Numbered from the stretch's first letter, positions 21,781-31,783 are shown. The stretch: 64,000 bases of DNA from an uncultured Verrucomicrobiae bacterium (GCA_963764165.1 CAVXRD010000001.1:1-64000); one strand, 5' to 3'. Notes: generated by a model from the sequence alone, not told the origin. A program made the numbers and translations.

Positions 21781-22084
21781 TTAGAATAACGGCTCGACGA
21801 TGATCATTTGGGCCAGGTTCGAAACTGAGCGCCAGCCGGGCGTTGCAGACCTGGCAGATCAAATTGGATTGCCGAATCAGCAGCCGAATCACTTGCTGTT
21901 CGCAAAAGCCGATTTCCCGCAGGCGCATGGTCACATCGGGCGGCGCGGAAAGTTCCTTGATGCGCACCGACATGCCCGCTTTGACCCGGCTAAGGGGACA
22001 GGTCGTCGGTTTGGCGCAATGGGTTTCTTCTCGGTCGTTCGGGGCGGTTGTTTCGGCGTGCAATATCATGATTCGTTCGATCAC
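21781..22084 (-). CDS. feoA: FeoA-domain protein with an apparent +1 indel near its 3' end
   Basis: PLSRVKAG..RLREIGF..RLALS. Removing one T at about 21822-21824 gives LSSNLAQMIIVEPLF*, ending immediately before the nifJ ATG. Confidence 0.75.
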
Positions 22085-22311
22085 CCCAACTTACGGGCCG
22101 CTTCTTTCCACGACTCCACCGTCCCTGCCATTCTCAGGCCATTTTTTGGCTGATGATGACCGATGCAAAAAGGTCACTCCCCAAAAAATGTCCATCAATT
22201 CGCAACGCCGGTGTAGTTGACGCTAACCGTTCCGGGCGATGGTCGTGGCAACATGAAGAGTGCAAAAGATATTAAGAAAACCGAATCGCCAGCGAGCGGA
22301 AGGAGGGGCGC

Positions 22312-23397
22312 ATGATGTTTGTGGCCGGCATCAGCTTCAAAACCGCCCCCGTCGCTCTCCGCGAGCAGTTAGCCGTTGTTCCATCACGCCTGATCGAATC
22401 CTCGGCCCGCGTCAAAGCGGAGGCTGGCCTGTCCGAGTTGACTGTGCTATCCACTTGCAACCGCGTCGAACTTTACGGAGTCGCCAGCCAAACGAGCGGA
22501 TTGGGTGAACTTCTCAATTTACTTGCGCAAACCAGCCTGGATATCTCCGCTTATATCTATGTGCACACGGGCGAGGCTGCCATGCGCCATCTTTTTGCCG
22601 TGGCCAGCGGCTTGGATTCAATGGTCCTGGGCGAAACGGAAATCACCGGCCAGATAAAAACCGCCTACGAAGCAGCCCGCGCGGCCCAGCTCACCGGCCG
22701 CGTCCTCAACGCCGCCTTTCAACGCGCTTTTCAAGTCGTCAAAGCCATTCGCACCGAAACTCAAATTGGGCGCGGCGCCACTTCTGTCGGCAGCGTCGCC
22801 GTTCAGTTGGCCGAACGAATTTTCGGCGGTGATTTTCACGACAAGACGGTCATGATCATTGGCGCCGGTAAAATGGGAGAAGCCTGCCTGCGCCACCTGG
22901 CCAAGAAAGGCGTCCAATCCATCATTGTGGCCAATCGAACGCTTGAAAACGCGGAACAATTGGCCCGCGAGCTGGGGGGACGCGCCGTCAACTATATGGA
23001 TGACGGATTGGCCGTCATGACGGAAGCGGACATTGTCATCAGTTCAACCGGCTGCCCTGCCACCATCATGGATCGCGAAGACGTGGAAGTGGTGATGCGC
23101 CAGCGCCCGGACCGCCCGCTTTTTCTCATTGATATCGCCGTGCCGCGGGACATCGCCGCCGACGTGCAGGAACTGAAGAACGTTTTTCTCTACAACATGG
23201 ACCACTTGGAAACGCTGATGCGTGAAAACGTAAAGCTGCGGGAGCAGGAAGTGGCCCGATGCCATGACATCATCCAAGAGCACACTGAAGCTCTCACGGC
23301 AAAGCTAAACACCGCCCCTCTGCCCGAGCGCCGGACGGCAACGGCTCCGCAACCTGGCTGGGCTCTGTGCGGTTCGGCTCAAGCGCAGGCCATATAA
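22312..23397 (+). CDS. hemA: Glutamyl-tRNA reductase
   Basis: LSTCNRVELY, SGLDSMVLGETEITGQ, IGAGKMG, IDIAVPRD. Confidence 0.96.
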   Translation: MMFVAGISFKTAPVALREQLAVVPSRLIESSARVKAEAGLSELTVLSTCNRVELYGVASQTSGLGELLNLLAQTSLDISAYIYVHTGEAAMRHLFAVASGLDSMVLGETEITGQIKTAYEAARAAQLTGRVLNAAFQRAFQVVKAIRTETQIGRGATSVGSVAVQLAERIFGGDFHDKTVMIIGAGKMGEACLRHLAKKGVQSIIVANRTLENAEQLARELGGRAVNYMDDGLAVMTEADIVISSTGCPATIMDREDVEVVMRQRPDRPLFLIDIAVPRDIAADVQELKNVFLYNMDHLETLMRENVKLREQEVARCHDIIQEHTEALTAKLNTAPLPERRTATAPQPGWALCGSAQAQAI

Positions 23398-23519
23398 GCG
23401 CTCAATGTGAATTTTGGCAATGGGCGCTGAAGGGGCGCAAGGGGATCGGATCCGGTTGCCAGGACGGAACGCTGCGAAGCGCTGCCGCGGTACAACAAAA
23501 AAACAGAAGGTAAATTAAT

Positions 23520-24314
23520 ATGAAAACATCGAGAATACTAATCCTCGGTTTATTGACAGGAGGGGCGCTCCTGGCGCCGGGTCTGGCCCAGGCTGCCACC
23601 ACGCCTGGCATGGTGAACTCACCCCACGACTTCACCGTTTCCACAAACTTGTGGGTCAACGGGGTGACAAATTGGGTGCCCAATAACAGCGTGTGCGAGG
23701 AATGCCATACAGTCCACAAGGCCGACGCCGCTTACAAGAATGCGGGTCCTTTGTGGGCGCACAACATGTCGGGCAACACCTATACGCCCTTCACCAGTCC
23801 CACGTTGAAGGCCGATGGCTACGCCAACGGCGGAACGCCGGGCTGGAGTTCCCTGGCCTGTCTTAGCTGCCATGATGGATCTGTGGCCATCAATTCCCTC
23901 AACGGCAGCGTGGCCAGCACTCCGGTCAACTTGCCCAATGGAACGACGTTCCAGATTGCCGTCGGCGGGACCGACCTCAGCGGGACGCACCCAATCGGGA
24001 TTGATTACAATGTCGTTCAGCCAGTGGATGGTTATTTGAACGCATCCTCAACCATTGTGCAAAATGCCGGCGCGGACAGCGGGGTCAAAACGATCCAGCA
24101 GGAATTGCTCTTCAATGAGACGGGCACCGGCGGCGGGTCGGGCATGATCGAGTGCGCCAGTTGTCATGATATTCATCAACAAATGGGTGTCTCGGGCACA
24201 AGCCCCACCGGCACGACCATGAAATACAGGGATGCGCTGAAAATCGGCGGCATCAATCCCTTCAACGGAAATTCCTCCTCGCAGGCTCTTTGTTTGACTT
24301 GTCATATCAAATAG
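23520..24314 (+). CDS. Secreted tetraheme cytochrome c, OmcE-like
   Basis: Sec signal and 4 CxxCH. Motif order SPHDF, VCEECHTVH, PLW, SLACLSCHDG, DLSGTHPIG, ECASCHDIH, ALCLTCHIK matches G. sulfurreducens OmcE as I recall it. Confidence 0.85.
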   Translation: MKTSRILILGLLTGGALLAPGLAQAATTPGMVNSPHDFTVSTNLWVNGVTNWVPNNSVCEECHTVHKADAAYKNAGPLWAHNMSGNTYTPFTSPTLKADGYANGGTPGWSSLACLSCHDGSVAINSLNGSVASTPVNLPNGTTFQIAVGGTDLSGTHPIGIDYNVVQPVDGYLNASSTIVQNAGADSGVKTIQQELLFNETGTGGGSGMIECASCHDIHQQMGVSGTSPTGTTMKYRDALKIGGINPFNGNSSSQALCLTCHIK

Positions 24315-24350
24315 CGCGGACGCGGTTGGCGTTTCGCAGCCGCCATGCAT

Positions 24351-24391
24351 GGGCGTCTGAATCCAGAAGGAACAGGCGCCCCATTTTTTTT
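24351..24391 (+). terminator. Intrinsic terminator after the OmcE-like gene
   Basis: GGGCGTCTG...CAGGCGCCC stem followed by T8 (24384-24391). Confidence 0.7.
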
Positions 24392-24487
24392 GTCAACGGT
24401 GCAAGGGCAAGCGCACTAACCAAAGAATGCGATGAAGATGCCAAGATACGGCGAGCCGATTTCCAACATTCCTCCCAAAGTGATCGC

Positions 24488-25574
24488 GTGAAGAAAATAA
24501 TTCATTATGGCAATTTAATGCGGGCGGGGCTTCTCGCCCTTCTGGCCGTTGGTTGCGCCACTACCAAACCGGCGCCATCTCACTTCGTGTTTTTTCCAGG
24601 CGCGCCCGATCCGCCCCGGCTGCAGGTACCTTGTCAGTTTTGGGACTGAGAAAGACCTCGGGACCGAGGAGTCCGGCTTCTCCCAGTTCATCACGGGTCA
24701 AAAAAAATCCGACAAATCGCTCGGCAAAGTCTACGGCCTGGCCATGCACGACAAGAAGATTTATGTGTGCGATTCGGAGTATAACTCCGTTCTGGTGCTG
24801 GACGTGGCCAAGCGATCCCTGGATTCGCTGCCGCTGGAAGGAGAAACGGCGCTGTCCGAACCAATCAATATCACCATCAGCCAGGATGGCACGCGCTACA
24901 TCGCCGATGCCCGGCGTGAACAGGTGCTATGCCTGGACGCTTCCAACCAATTGAATTGGGTGCTGGGACACAAGGGAGAAATGAAGCCGCGGGACGTTGC
25001 CGTCGGCCAGGACCGAATTTATGTGGCGGATGTCCAGGCTCATGCGGTTCGTGTTTATGATAAATCCGCCACCAACCTCCTCTACTCCATTCCCCGGGAC
25101 GAAGACCGCAAGAACTCCAACGCGATCCTGCTTATGCCCAGCAATCTCGCCCTTGATGCCGAAGGCCGTCTCTATGCCTCGGACACCGCAGCCGGCCGCG
25201 TCGAAGTCTATGGAAAGGATGGCCGCTACGTGCAAACCCTGGGCGGGTTCGGTGACGCGCCGGAACACGGACTGCTCAAGCGCCCCAAAGGAGTGGCAGT
25301 CGACCGCGCGGGAGTGGTTTATGTCGTGGACGCGGTTTACGAGCTGGTGCAAATGTTTGACAGCCAGGGAAATTACTTAATGTGCTTTGGCTATCCTGGC
25401 TTGTCCTCAACGGCCGGCCTGCACTTGCCCGCCAAAGTCATAGTTGACTACGACAACGTGGGCCTGTTTGCGAGGTACGCCGCGCCGGATTTCAAAATTG
25501 ACTATCTCGTTCTAGTCACCAGCCAGTTCGGCCCGCGCAAAGTTTCCGTCTTCGGATTCGGCCACAAGAAATAG
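24488..25574 (+). CDS. NHL-repeat (beta-propeller) lipoprotein with an apparent single-base frameshift
   Basis: Lipobox LAVGC in the frame of ORF 24290. Removing one G at 24625-24626 joins PPRLQ to YLVSF in ORF 24549..25574. NHL repeats present (RPKGVAVD, IYVAD). Confidence 0.85.
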
Positions 25575-25581
25575 CCTCGCC

Positions 25582-26487
25582 ATGCGCCGCCATACCGCCA
25601 TCTCCTTGGTTATCGCCGGGGGCATTTGCGCGGCGATTTTTCTAGCCGGCTGTGCCTCATCCGGTCACCGGCGGTGGCTGAATGTTTTTTTTGACGGGGT
25701 TCCCGATCCCTCGGCGCAAGCGCAAAAAAGGCCCGGTCCCGCGCTCCCGCAGACGAATGCCGCCGGGGCCAAACCCGGGCCGGCGGTTCCTCCGCAGCCG
25801 CCCCAAACCGTCTTTTTCAACCACAAGCCTTACGGTGAGGATAACTGCCTGGCATGCCACGAATCTCGCTTCTCCATTGGAATGAGAGGCTCAATGAAGG
25901 AAGTTTGCTTCAACTGCCACAAAGACCTGGCGCCCACAGTCGCGCCCAAGTCTGCCCACCAGCCCTTTGGCGACGGCGAATGCGCCTCATGTCACAACGC
26001 CCACTATTCTACCAACAAATTTCTGCTCGTCAAAACGGCCAAAGCGCTCTGCGCCGATTGTCATGATCCGGTGGTGGCCAAGCCCAAATCCATCCATCAA
26101 CCGTACGGGGATGGCGATTGTCTCTCCTGCCACAGCGCGCATACATCCACTAATAAATTCCTCGTCACGCGCGCGGGGAAATCCCTCTGTTTCGATTGCC
26201 ACGATGATTTCCTGGCCAAAGCGAAATTCAAGCATGACCCAGCCGGAAACGGTGAATGCGCATCTTGTCACAATCCTCATGCCTCGGTTAATAGCGCCCT
26301 CCTCGTCAAGGAATCGCAGAAATTGTGCTTCGATTGTCATGAAGAAAAAGACATCGCCGCCGCCAAAGGCCACGCGAACATGGGCAACGCCACCTGCCTC
26401 AGTTGCCACGATCCCCACCTAGGATCCGACCAGTACCTGCTCAGGGTGGCAAAGGTTGCCGCCAAACCTTCCATCTCGCCGCCATGA
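25582..26487 (+). CDS. 9-heme cytochrome c lipoprotein (paired CxxCH repeats)
   Basis: Lipobox FLAGC, FFDGVP motif, 9 CxxCH in repeated HxP..G.C..CH..H.S...LL....LC..CH units. Confidence 0.9.
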   Translation: MRRHTAISLVIAGGICAAIFLAGCASSGHRRWLNVFFDGVPDPSAQAQKRPGPALPQTNAAGAKPGPAVPPQPPQTVFFNHKPYGEDNCLACHESRFSIGMRGSMKEVCFNCHKDLAPTVAPKSAHQPFGDGECASCHNAHYSTNKFLLVKTAKALCADCHDPVVAKPKSIHQPYGDGDCLSCHSAHTSTNKFLVTRAGKSLCFDCHDDFLAKAKFKHDPAGNGECASCHNPHASVNSALLVKESQKLCFDCHEEKDIAAAKGHANMGNATCLSCHDPHLGSDQYLLRVAKVAAKPSISPP

Positions 26488-28454
26488 AACTGTCCGGTCA
26501 AACGTGGCCCGCATGGATGCTCGCCCTGCTGTTTTCATCGCTGCTGACCCGGCGCCTGATGGCTCAGGACGGCACGCACTGGCTAAACTTGAGGCCAATA
26601 ACGGCTTTTACGGAGATGGATGTGGAATGGGAAAAGGATACGGAAACCGTCGGCAGCATGAAGATCAACTCGGATCGCTTGTATTTGGCTCCCACTCTTG
26701 GACTGGGACTAAGCGGTTCGATCTATCATCCCAACTTGTTGCAATTCGATATCAAGGGGCAGGGCGGATATATCGAACAAGACCTCAGCAGCCAATATGG
26801 CTCGGCCCGCCAGAGCTCCACACAGGACAGTTATCTGCAAAATTACGATGTGAACCTCTCGCTTCTGAGGAATCAGCCTTATGCAGCGAATTTCACCGCG
26901 ACCAAAACGCACACTATTCAGGAATTGGATGCGTTCAATCAAGTCATGGTGGACAGCCAGAGTTATGGGTGCCAGCTAGGCTACAAGGCGGGCCCGATTC
27001 CCTTCAGCCTAAGCCTGAAACATCTGGACGAAACCGAAACCGGCCTCGCCTACAACAATGCGTTTGCGCAGGACAGCCTGGATTTCAACGCCGCCAACGA
27101 GCGGGCGCGCGGCAGCACAACTTTCAGCTACGAACTCGGCCAATACACCCAAACTACGACCGACATTGCCCAAAAGCAGACTTACCAATATGGCACCTTG
27201 CAGGATGTCGAGAAGTTCTGGAAGGACGACCGTGGCCGGCTGACCTCGATGGTCTATTTCAACCAGGAGGATGAGAGCGGCAATGAAGCGGACAACGTGA
27301 CCGTCCAGGAAAACCTCGCCCTCTGGCACTCTCCATCCTGGAATAGCTTCTACAATTACAACTACAATGACTCCTACGTCGATCCCGCCGACACTACGAC
27401 GCACCTTGCCACGATCGGATTGCGCAATCAGCTCTACGAGAGTCTTTCTTCAGCCATGGACGTTCACGGCACACTGGAAAACGAATCCGCGCCGGGCAAC
27501 TCGGCCGCCGAGACAACTTATGGAATTGGCAATTCCGAGACTTACAGCAAGCGCCTGGGCAACTGGGGGCATCTGACCCTCGGCAATACAGCCCGCTTCG
27601 ACTGGACGCACGATAATAATAGCGGCGCCGTCAACACCGTCTTCAACGAGCAGCACGCCCTGACCGACGGCACCCCAACGTTTCTGACCCAGCCGCGTGT
27701 TTTGGCCGTGACCAAAGTCACTGACCCAACCGGCGTCCACGTTTACCTCAATGGCATTGATTACGCGCTCGTGAGGGCGGGAAGCGGGATGCAGATTGAG
27801 CGCGTTCCCACCTCGCTCAATCTGACTAACAACTCGTCCGTTCTGGTCAACTATACGGTGCAGGCAGAGCCATCAGGCTCCTACACCACCTTCAGCGACC
27901 AAGTCCAATTGCGATTGGATCTATTCAACGGATTGGCCGATGTTTATTCGGGGCTGGGCTGGGTTGAGAACCAGGCGCCCGCTGATTTCGTTTTGGAGAA
28001 TAGCTTCTCGACTCTGTCCGGCTTTGACTTCAACTGGCGCTGGCTGCGGGCCGGCGGGACGTATGAAACGCAGAATGCCAGCCTGATCAGTTACATCACC
28101 CGCGGGCTATATCAGACGGCAACTTTCCGGCCCGACAACAGCTCTACATTCAGCATTAATGCTCGCGAGCAGTGGATGGAGTACTTCCAGCCGCAGCAAT
28201 CCATAGCCGATTACACCTTTACCGCGCGTTACTCCGAACGGTTTAACCGCCATTTGGATGGCACCGTGGAGGCGGGAGTTCTGAATCAAGCCGGCGGCCC
28301 GCAGGCGGAAACGTTGTTCACGGCTGGCGCACACATCAAGTATTTCGTCGGCAAATTGTCTTTCTCGCTCGCCTACCAATTCAATCAACAGAACACGTTG
28401 AACGGCGCTGCCGAGAGAAACCTCTTCAGTTTCACCGCCCGGCGCGACTTCTAA
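26484..28454 (+). CDS. Putative outer-membrane beta-barrel (porin) of the cytochrome cluster
   Basis: Signal peptide, GSIYHPNLL motif, Y/N/S/T-rich alternating strands, C-terminal Phe (FTARRDF); ATGA-coupled to the cytochrome gene. Confidence 0.82.
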   Translation: MKLSGQTWPAWMLALLFSSLLTRRLMAQDGTHWLNLRPITAFTEMDVEWEKDTETVGSMKINSDRLYLAPTLGLGLSGSIYHPNLLQFDIKGQGGYIEQDLSSQYGSARQSSTQDSYLQNYDVNLSLLRNQPYAANFTATKTHTIQELDAFNQVMVDSQSYGCQLGYKAGPIPFSLSLKHLDETETGLAYNNAFAQDSLDFNAANERARGSTTFSYELGQYTQTTTDIAQKQTYQYGTLQDVEKFWKDDRGRLTSMVYFNQEDESGNEADNVTVQENLALWHSPSWNSFYNYNYNDSYVDPADTTTHLATIGLRNQLYESLSSAMDVHGTLENESAPGNSAAETTYGIGNSETYSKRLGNWGHLTLGNTARFDWTHDNNSGAVNTVFNEQHALTDGTPTFLTQPRVLAVTKVTDPTGVHVYLNGIDYALVRAGSGMQIERVPTSLNLTNNSSVLVNYTVQAEPSGSYTTFSDQVQLRLDLFNGLADVYSGLGWVENQAPADFVLENSFSTLSGFDFNWRWLRAGGTYETQNASLISYITRGLYQTATFRPDNSSTFSINAREQWMEYFQPQQSIADYTFTARYSERFNRHLDGTVEAGVLNQAGGPQAETLFTAGAHIKYFVGKLSFSLAYQFNQQNTLNGAAERNLFSFTARRDF

Positions 28455-28457
28455 ATC

Positions 28458-29498
28458 ATGAAAAAGAAGATGCCAAAACCAAATTCGTCCACAACCTCCT
28501 TTCTGGTTGCGATTATGGTATTGGCTTTTGCCTCATGCGCGTCCAGTTCTTCAATTCATGCTCCCAGCGTCCCTGCCCGCGTTTACCCACAAGCACCCGC
28601 CCTCGCGCGCCTGGAATATGTCCAGTCGATTCGCGTGCCCGCGGACATGGATCTTAAGCCATCTGCCTGGTCCCGCATGAATTCCTGGATCACCGGCCGG
28701 GGTGGCCCAGCTCCGGTTCTGGCCAAGCCCTTCGGCCTGTGCTTGGACGAATCGTCGAATTTATGTGTGACTGACATGGAATCGGCGAGCGTCTGTTTCT
28801 TTGATCTAACACACGGAGCTTTCCACCAATGGAACAAGATTGGAGCCATGGTTCTGCAATCGCCTGTGGCGGTGGCAAAACGGAAGGATGTTTTCTATGT
28901 GGCCGATTCGAAATTGGGGCTGGTGCTGGCTTTCAATTCTACCGGCCATTTGCTTTGTTCCATTTCCAATCAATTAGTGCGCCCCGCCGGACTGGCGGTT
29001 GCGTCCGACCGGCTGTATGTGGCCGATTCCCAGTTGCACCACGTAGCTGTATTTGATTTGTCGGGCCACTACCTTTTCCAATTTGGGCGGCGCGGCATCG
29101 CTCCGGGCGAATTCAATTTCCCGACGCACATTGCCCTGGCGCCGGGCGGCCAAATTCTGGTCACTGACTCAATGAACAGGCGGATTGAAGCATTTGACTC
29201 CAACGGCGCTTTCCAATCCGTCATAGGCGGCGCTGGCGAGAGTTCCGGACATTTCACCAGGCCAAAAGGCGTGGCCAGCGACAGTTATGGGCACATTTAC
29301 GTCGCGGACGCCCTTTTCGATAACTTCCAGATTTTCGATTCGGCCGGGCAATTTTTGCTGGATGTTGGATCGACGGGCGCGGAACCGGGAGAATTCTGCC
29401 TGCCAGCCGGAGTCGTCATTAGCCCGGACAATCGCATTTTCGTCGCCGATTCCTACAACCATCGCGTGCAGGTATTCAAATACATTGGTCCGCCATGA
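28458..29498 (+). CDS. NHL-repeat lipoprotein
   Basis: Lipobox-like AFASC; repeats GEFNFPTHIA, FTRPKGVA, IYVAD, ADSYNHRVQVF. Confidence 0.92.
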   Translation: MKKKMPKPNSSTTSFLVAIMVLAFASCASSSSIHAPSVPARVYPQAPALARLEYVQSIRVPADMDLKPSAWSRMNSWITGRGGPAPVLAKPFGLCLDESSNLCVTDMESASVCFFDLTHGAFHQWNKIGAMVLQSPVAVAKRKDVFYVADSKLGLVLAFNSTGHLLCSISNQLVRPAGLAVASDRLYVADSQLHHVAVFDLSGHYLFQFGRRGIAPGEFNFPTHIALAPGGQILVTDSMNRRIEAFDSNGAFQSVIGGAGESSGHFTRPKGVASDSYGHIYVADALFDNFQIFDSAGQFLLDVGSTGAEPGEFCLPAGVVISPDNRIFVADSYNHRVQVFKYIGPP

Positions 29499-31222
29499 AC
29501 GCCCCCTTAACAACAAGGATAGTGTGGTTGGTAATTCTACTGCAAGCCACTCTGCTAAGGGCGGAGAGCATCTTGAACTCGCCACATAACCTCTCCGTGG
29601 GCGGCCCCGGCTCGATCAAGGCGGCGGCGGAAGCGGACGCCTGCATTTTTTGCCATACTTCACACGGGGCGGCCCCTCAGTCGCCTTTGTGGAACCACAC
29701 TAGCTCGGGCGCAACCTACACGCCCTATAACAGCAGCACGATCAAGGCAACCGTGGGCCAGCCGACGGGTGCTTCCAAGCTATGCCTTAGCTGCCACGAC
29801 GGCACCGTGGCGCTGGGTTCGCTACGCGGGAGCAGCACCACGATTAAGATGCAGACCAACGCCTCCGTGATGCCATCTGGCAAATTCAATCTGGGCACCG
29901 ATCTTTCCGGTGACCATCCGATTTCCTTTGTCTATGATGCGAATCTGGCCGCCAGCGATTCCGGATTGAAAAGCCCGGCGACTCTCACAAGCAAAGTGCG
30001 CCTGGACAGCAACAAAGAGCTGCAATGCACTTCCTGCCATGATCCGCACGATAATCAGTTCGGCAATTTCATGGTGCAAAACAATTATGGTTCCGCGCTT
30101 TGCCTCAATTGCCACAACATCACCGACTGGGGCGCCTCTATTCATAACACTTCGCCCGCGGTCTGGAACGGCCAGGGACAGAATCCGTGGCCAGGCGCCT
30201 CGTTGAAATCGGTCGCGGCCAATGCCTGCGAAAGTTGCCACGCCAACCACAACGCCGGCACCAAGCCCCGCCTGCTCACGGCCATCAACCAGGAGCAAAG
30301 TTGCTACGTTTGCCATAGTGGCACCGTGGCCATGAAAAACATCCGGTCCGAGTTCACCAAATGGAGCGCTCATCCCGTCGAATTGACCGCCAATTTGCAC
30401 GACGCCGCCGAAGATCTCATCAATTCGCCACGGCATGTCTCCTGTGCCGATTGCCATAATCCACACGCCAGCAAAGCCCAGCCCGGCACAAGCTCAACTC
30501 TCTCCGGCGCATTAGCGGGCATGAAAGGCATCAACTCGTCCGGCGCGCCGGTCAAGCCACTGGCCAAGGAGTTCGAACTCTGCTTTCGTTGTCATGCCGA
30601 CAGCCACAGCAAAGGGCCGGCCATGGTTATCCGGCAGACTCCGCAAACGAACAAGCGCCTCCAATTCAATCCCTCCAACGCTTCTTTCCATCCTGTGGAA
30701 AGCGCGGGGAAAAACGCATTTGTGCCCAGCCTGATCGCGCCCATGAATGCGGCCAGCGTGATTAACTGCACCGACTGTCATAATAACGACCAGGGTCCCG
30801 GCGCAGGCGGAAGCGGCCCGCGCGGGCCGCATGGTTCGGCTTACGCGCCGTTGCTCGAACGGCAGCAAATTCTGACTGATATGTCTGCCGAAAGCGCTGC
30901 CAGCTTCGCCTTGTGCTACAAGTGCCACAGCCGGGCCAGCATTCTGGCCAACCAAAGTTTTCCGGGCCATTCCCGCCACATTCTCAATTATCAAACCGCC
31001 TGCACGACTTGTCACGATTCCCACGGCGTGTCGTCCAACCCCAACCTTATTAACTTCAACTCGGCCTATGTGACGCCAGCTCCCAGCGCAGGATTGAGCT
31101 ATACCACCGCCGGCCGGGGACGTGACAATTGCACTTTGTCCTGCCACGGCAGCGTCCACCTCAACCGCAGTTACGACCGTCCGGCCACACTGCAAAAGCG
31201 CTCGTTGACGAAAGGATTCTAA
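29495..31222 (+). CDS. Secreted multiheme cytochrome c (11 CxxCH + 1 CxxxCH) with an N-terminal OmcE-like module
   Basis: Motifs CIFCH, CLSCH, CTSCH, CLNCH, CESCH, CYVCH, CADCH, CFRCH, CTDCH, CYKCH, CTTCH and CTLSCH. Confidence 0.92.
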   Translation: MNAPLTTRIVWLVILLQATLLRAESILNSPHNLSVGGPGSIKAAAEADACIFCHTSHGAAPQSPLWNHTSSGATYTPYNSSTIKATVGQPTGASKLCLSCHDGTVALGSLRGSSTTIKMQTNASVMPSGKFNLGTDLSGDHPISFVYDANLAASDSGLKSPATLTSKVRLDSNKELQCTSCHDPHDNQFGNFMVQNNYGSALCLNCHNITDWGASIHNTSPAVWNGQGQNPWPGASLKSVAANACESCHANHNAGTKPRLLTAINQEQSCYVCHSGTVAMKNIRSEFTKWSAHPVELTANLHDAAEDLINSPRHVSCADCHNPHASKAQPGTSSTLSGALAGMKGINSSGAPVKPLAKEFELCFRCHADSHSKGPAMVIRQTPQTNKRLQFNPSNASFHPVESAGKNAFVPSLIAPMNAASVINCTDCHNNDQGPGAGGSGPRGPHGSAYAPLLERQQILTDMSAESAASFALCYKCHSRASILANQSFPGHSRHILNYQTACTTCHDSHGVSSNPNLINFNSAYVTPAPSAGLSYTTAGRGRDNCTLSCHGSVHLNRSYDRPATLQKRSLTKGF

Positions 31223-31453
31223 GAGCCATGAAATCCCGCGCTTATCATAATCGGTTCAGCCATCAGCAAGAAAAGTCAAACAAATCGCAAATGCCGCGAA
31301 GCAAGCCTTGGCATTTCACTTCAATTTGGTGTGGATGAAAAAAAGTGTGTTCATGCGAGCGGGATCCCGCCAATCCGGGCCGGCTTCGACGCGAGTGGCG
31401 TCTGGGCGCAGAATCTCCATGAGCAAAGTAATCAAAACAATCCTCAGAGTATT

Positions 31454-31783
31454 ATGAAACAAACAAAATTAATTCTAGTTCTCCTGGCCTTGGCAGCCGG
31501 AACGGCAGTGGCCTCGGCCTCCGATGTTGATGCCATCTGGGAAAAGAGCTGCCAGAAGTGCCACGGCGCCGACGGCAAAGGCGACACAAAAATGGGCGCC
31601 AAGGTCGGTGTGAAAGATCTTACCGATGCCAAGTACCAAGCCTCGTTCAAGGACGAAGCCGCCTTCAAGGCGATCAAAGAAGGCATCAAGGAAGATGACA
31701 AAACCAAAATGAAGCCCGCGGAAGGCCTGACCGACGACGACATCAAAGCCTTGGTTGCCAAGTCCCGCAGTTTCAAGAAATAA
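31454..31783 (+). CDS. Periplasmic monoheme class I cytochrome c
   Basis: Signal peptide, CQKCHGADGKG, distal Met in KMKP, LTDDDIKALV. Confidence 0.92.
   Translation: MKQTKLILVLLALAAGTAVASASDVDAIWEKSCQKCHGADGKGDTKMGAKVGVKDLTDAKYQASFKDEAAFKAIKEGIKEDDKTKMKPAEGLTDDDIKALVAKSRSFKK

Noticed and set aside
22246..22264. Sigma54 promoter upstream of hemA (TGGCAAC...TGCA)
   Set aside because: GG-to-GC spacing is 13 nt, not the required 10
23415..23461. Possible cyclic-dinucleotide (GEMM) riboswitch upstream of the OmcE-like gene (TGGCAA...TTGCCA pairing, GGCGCAAG)
   Set aside because: Lacks a convincing GNRA-capped P2 and P3 stem; would need an Infernal/Rfam hit to support
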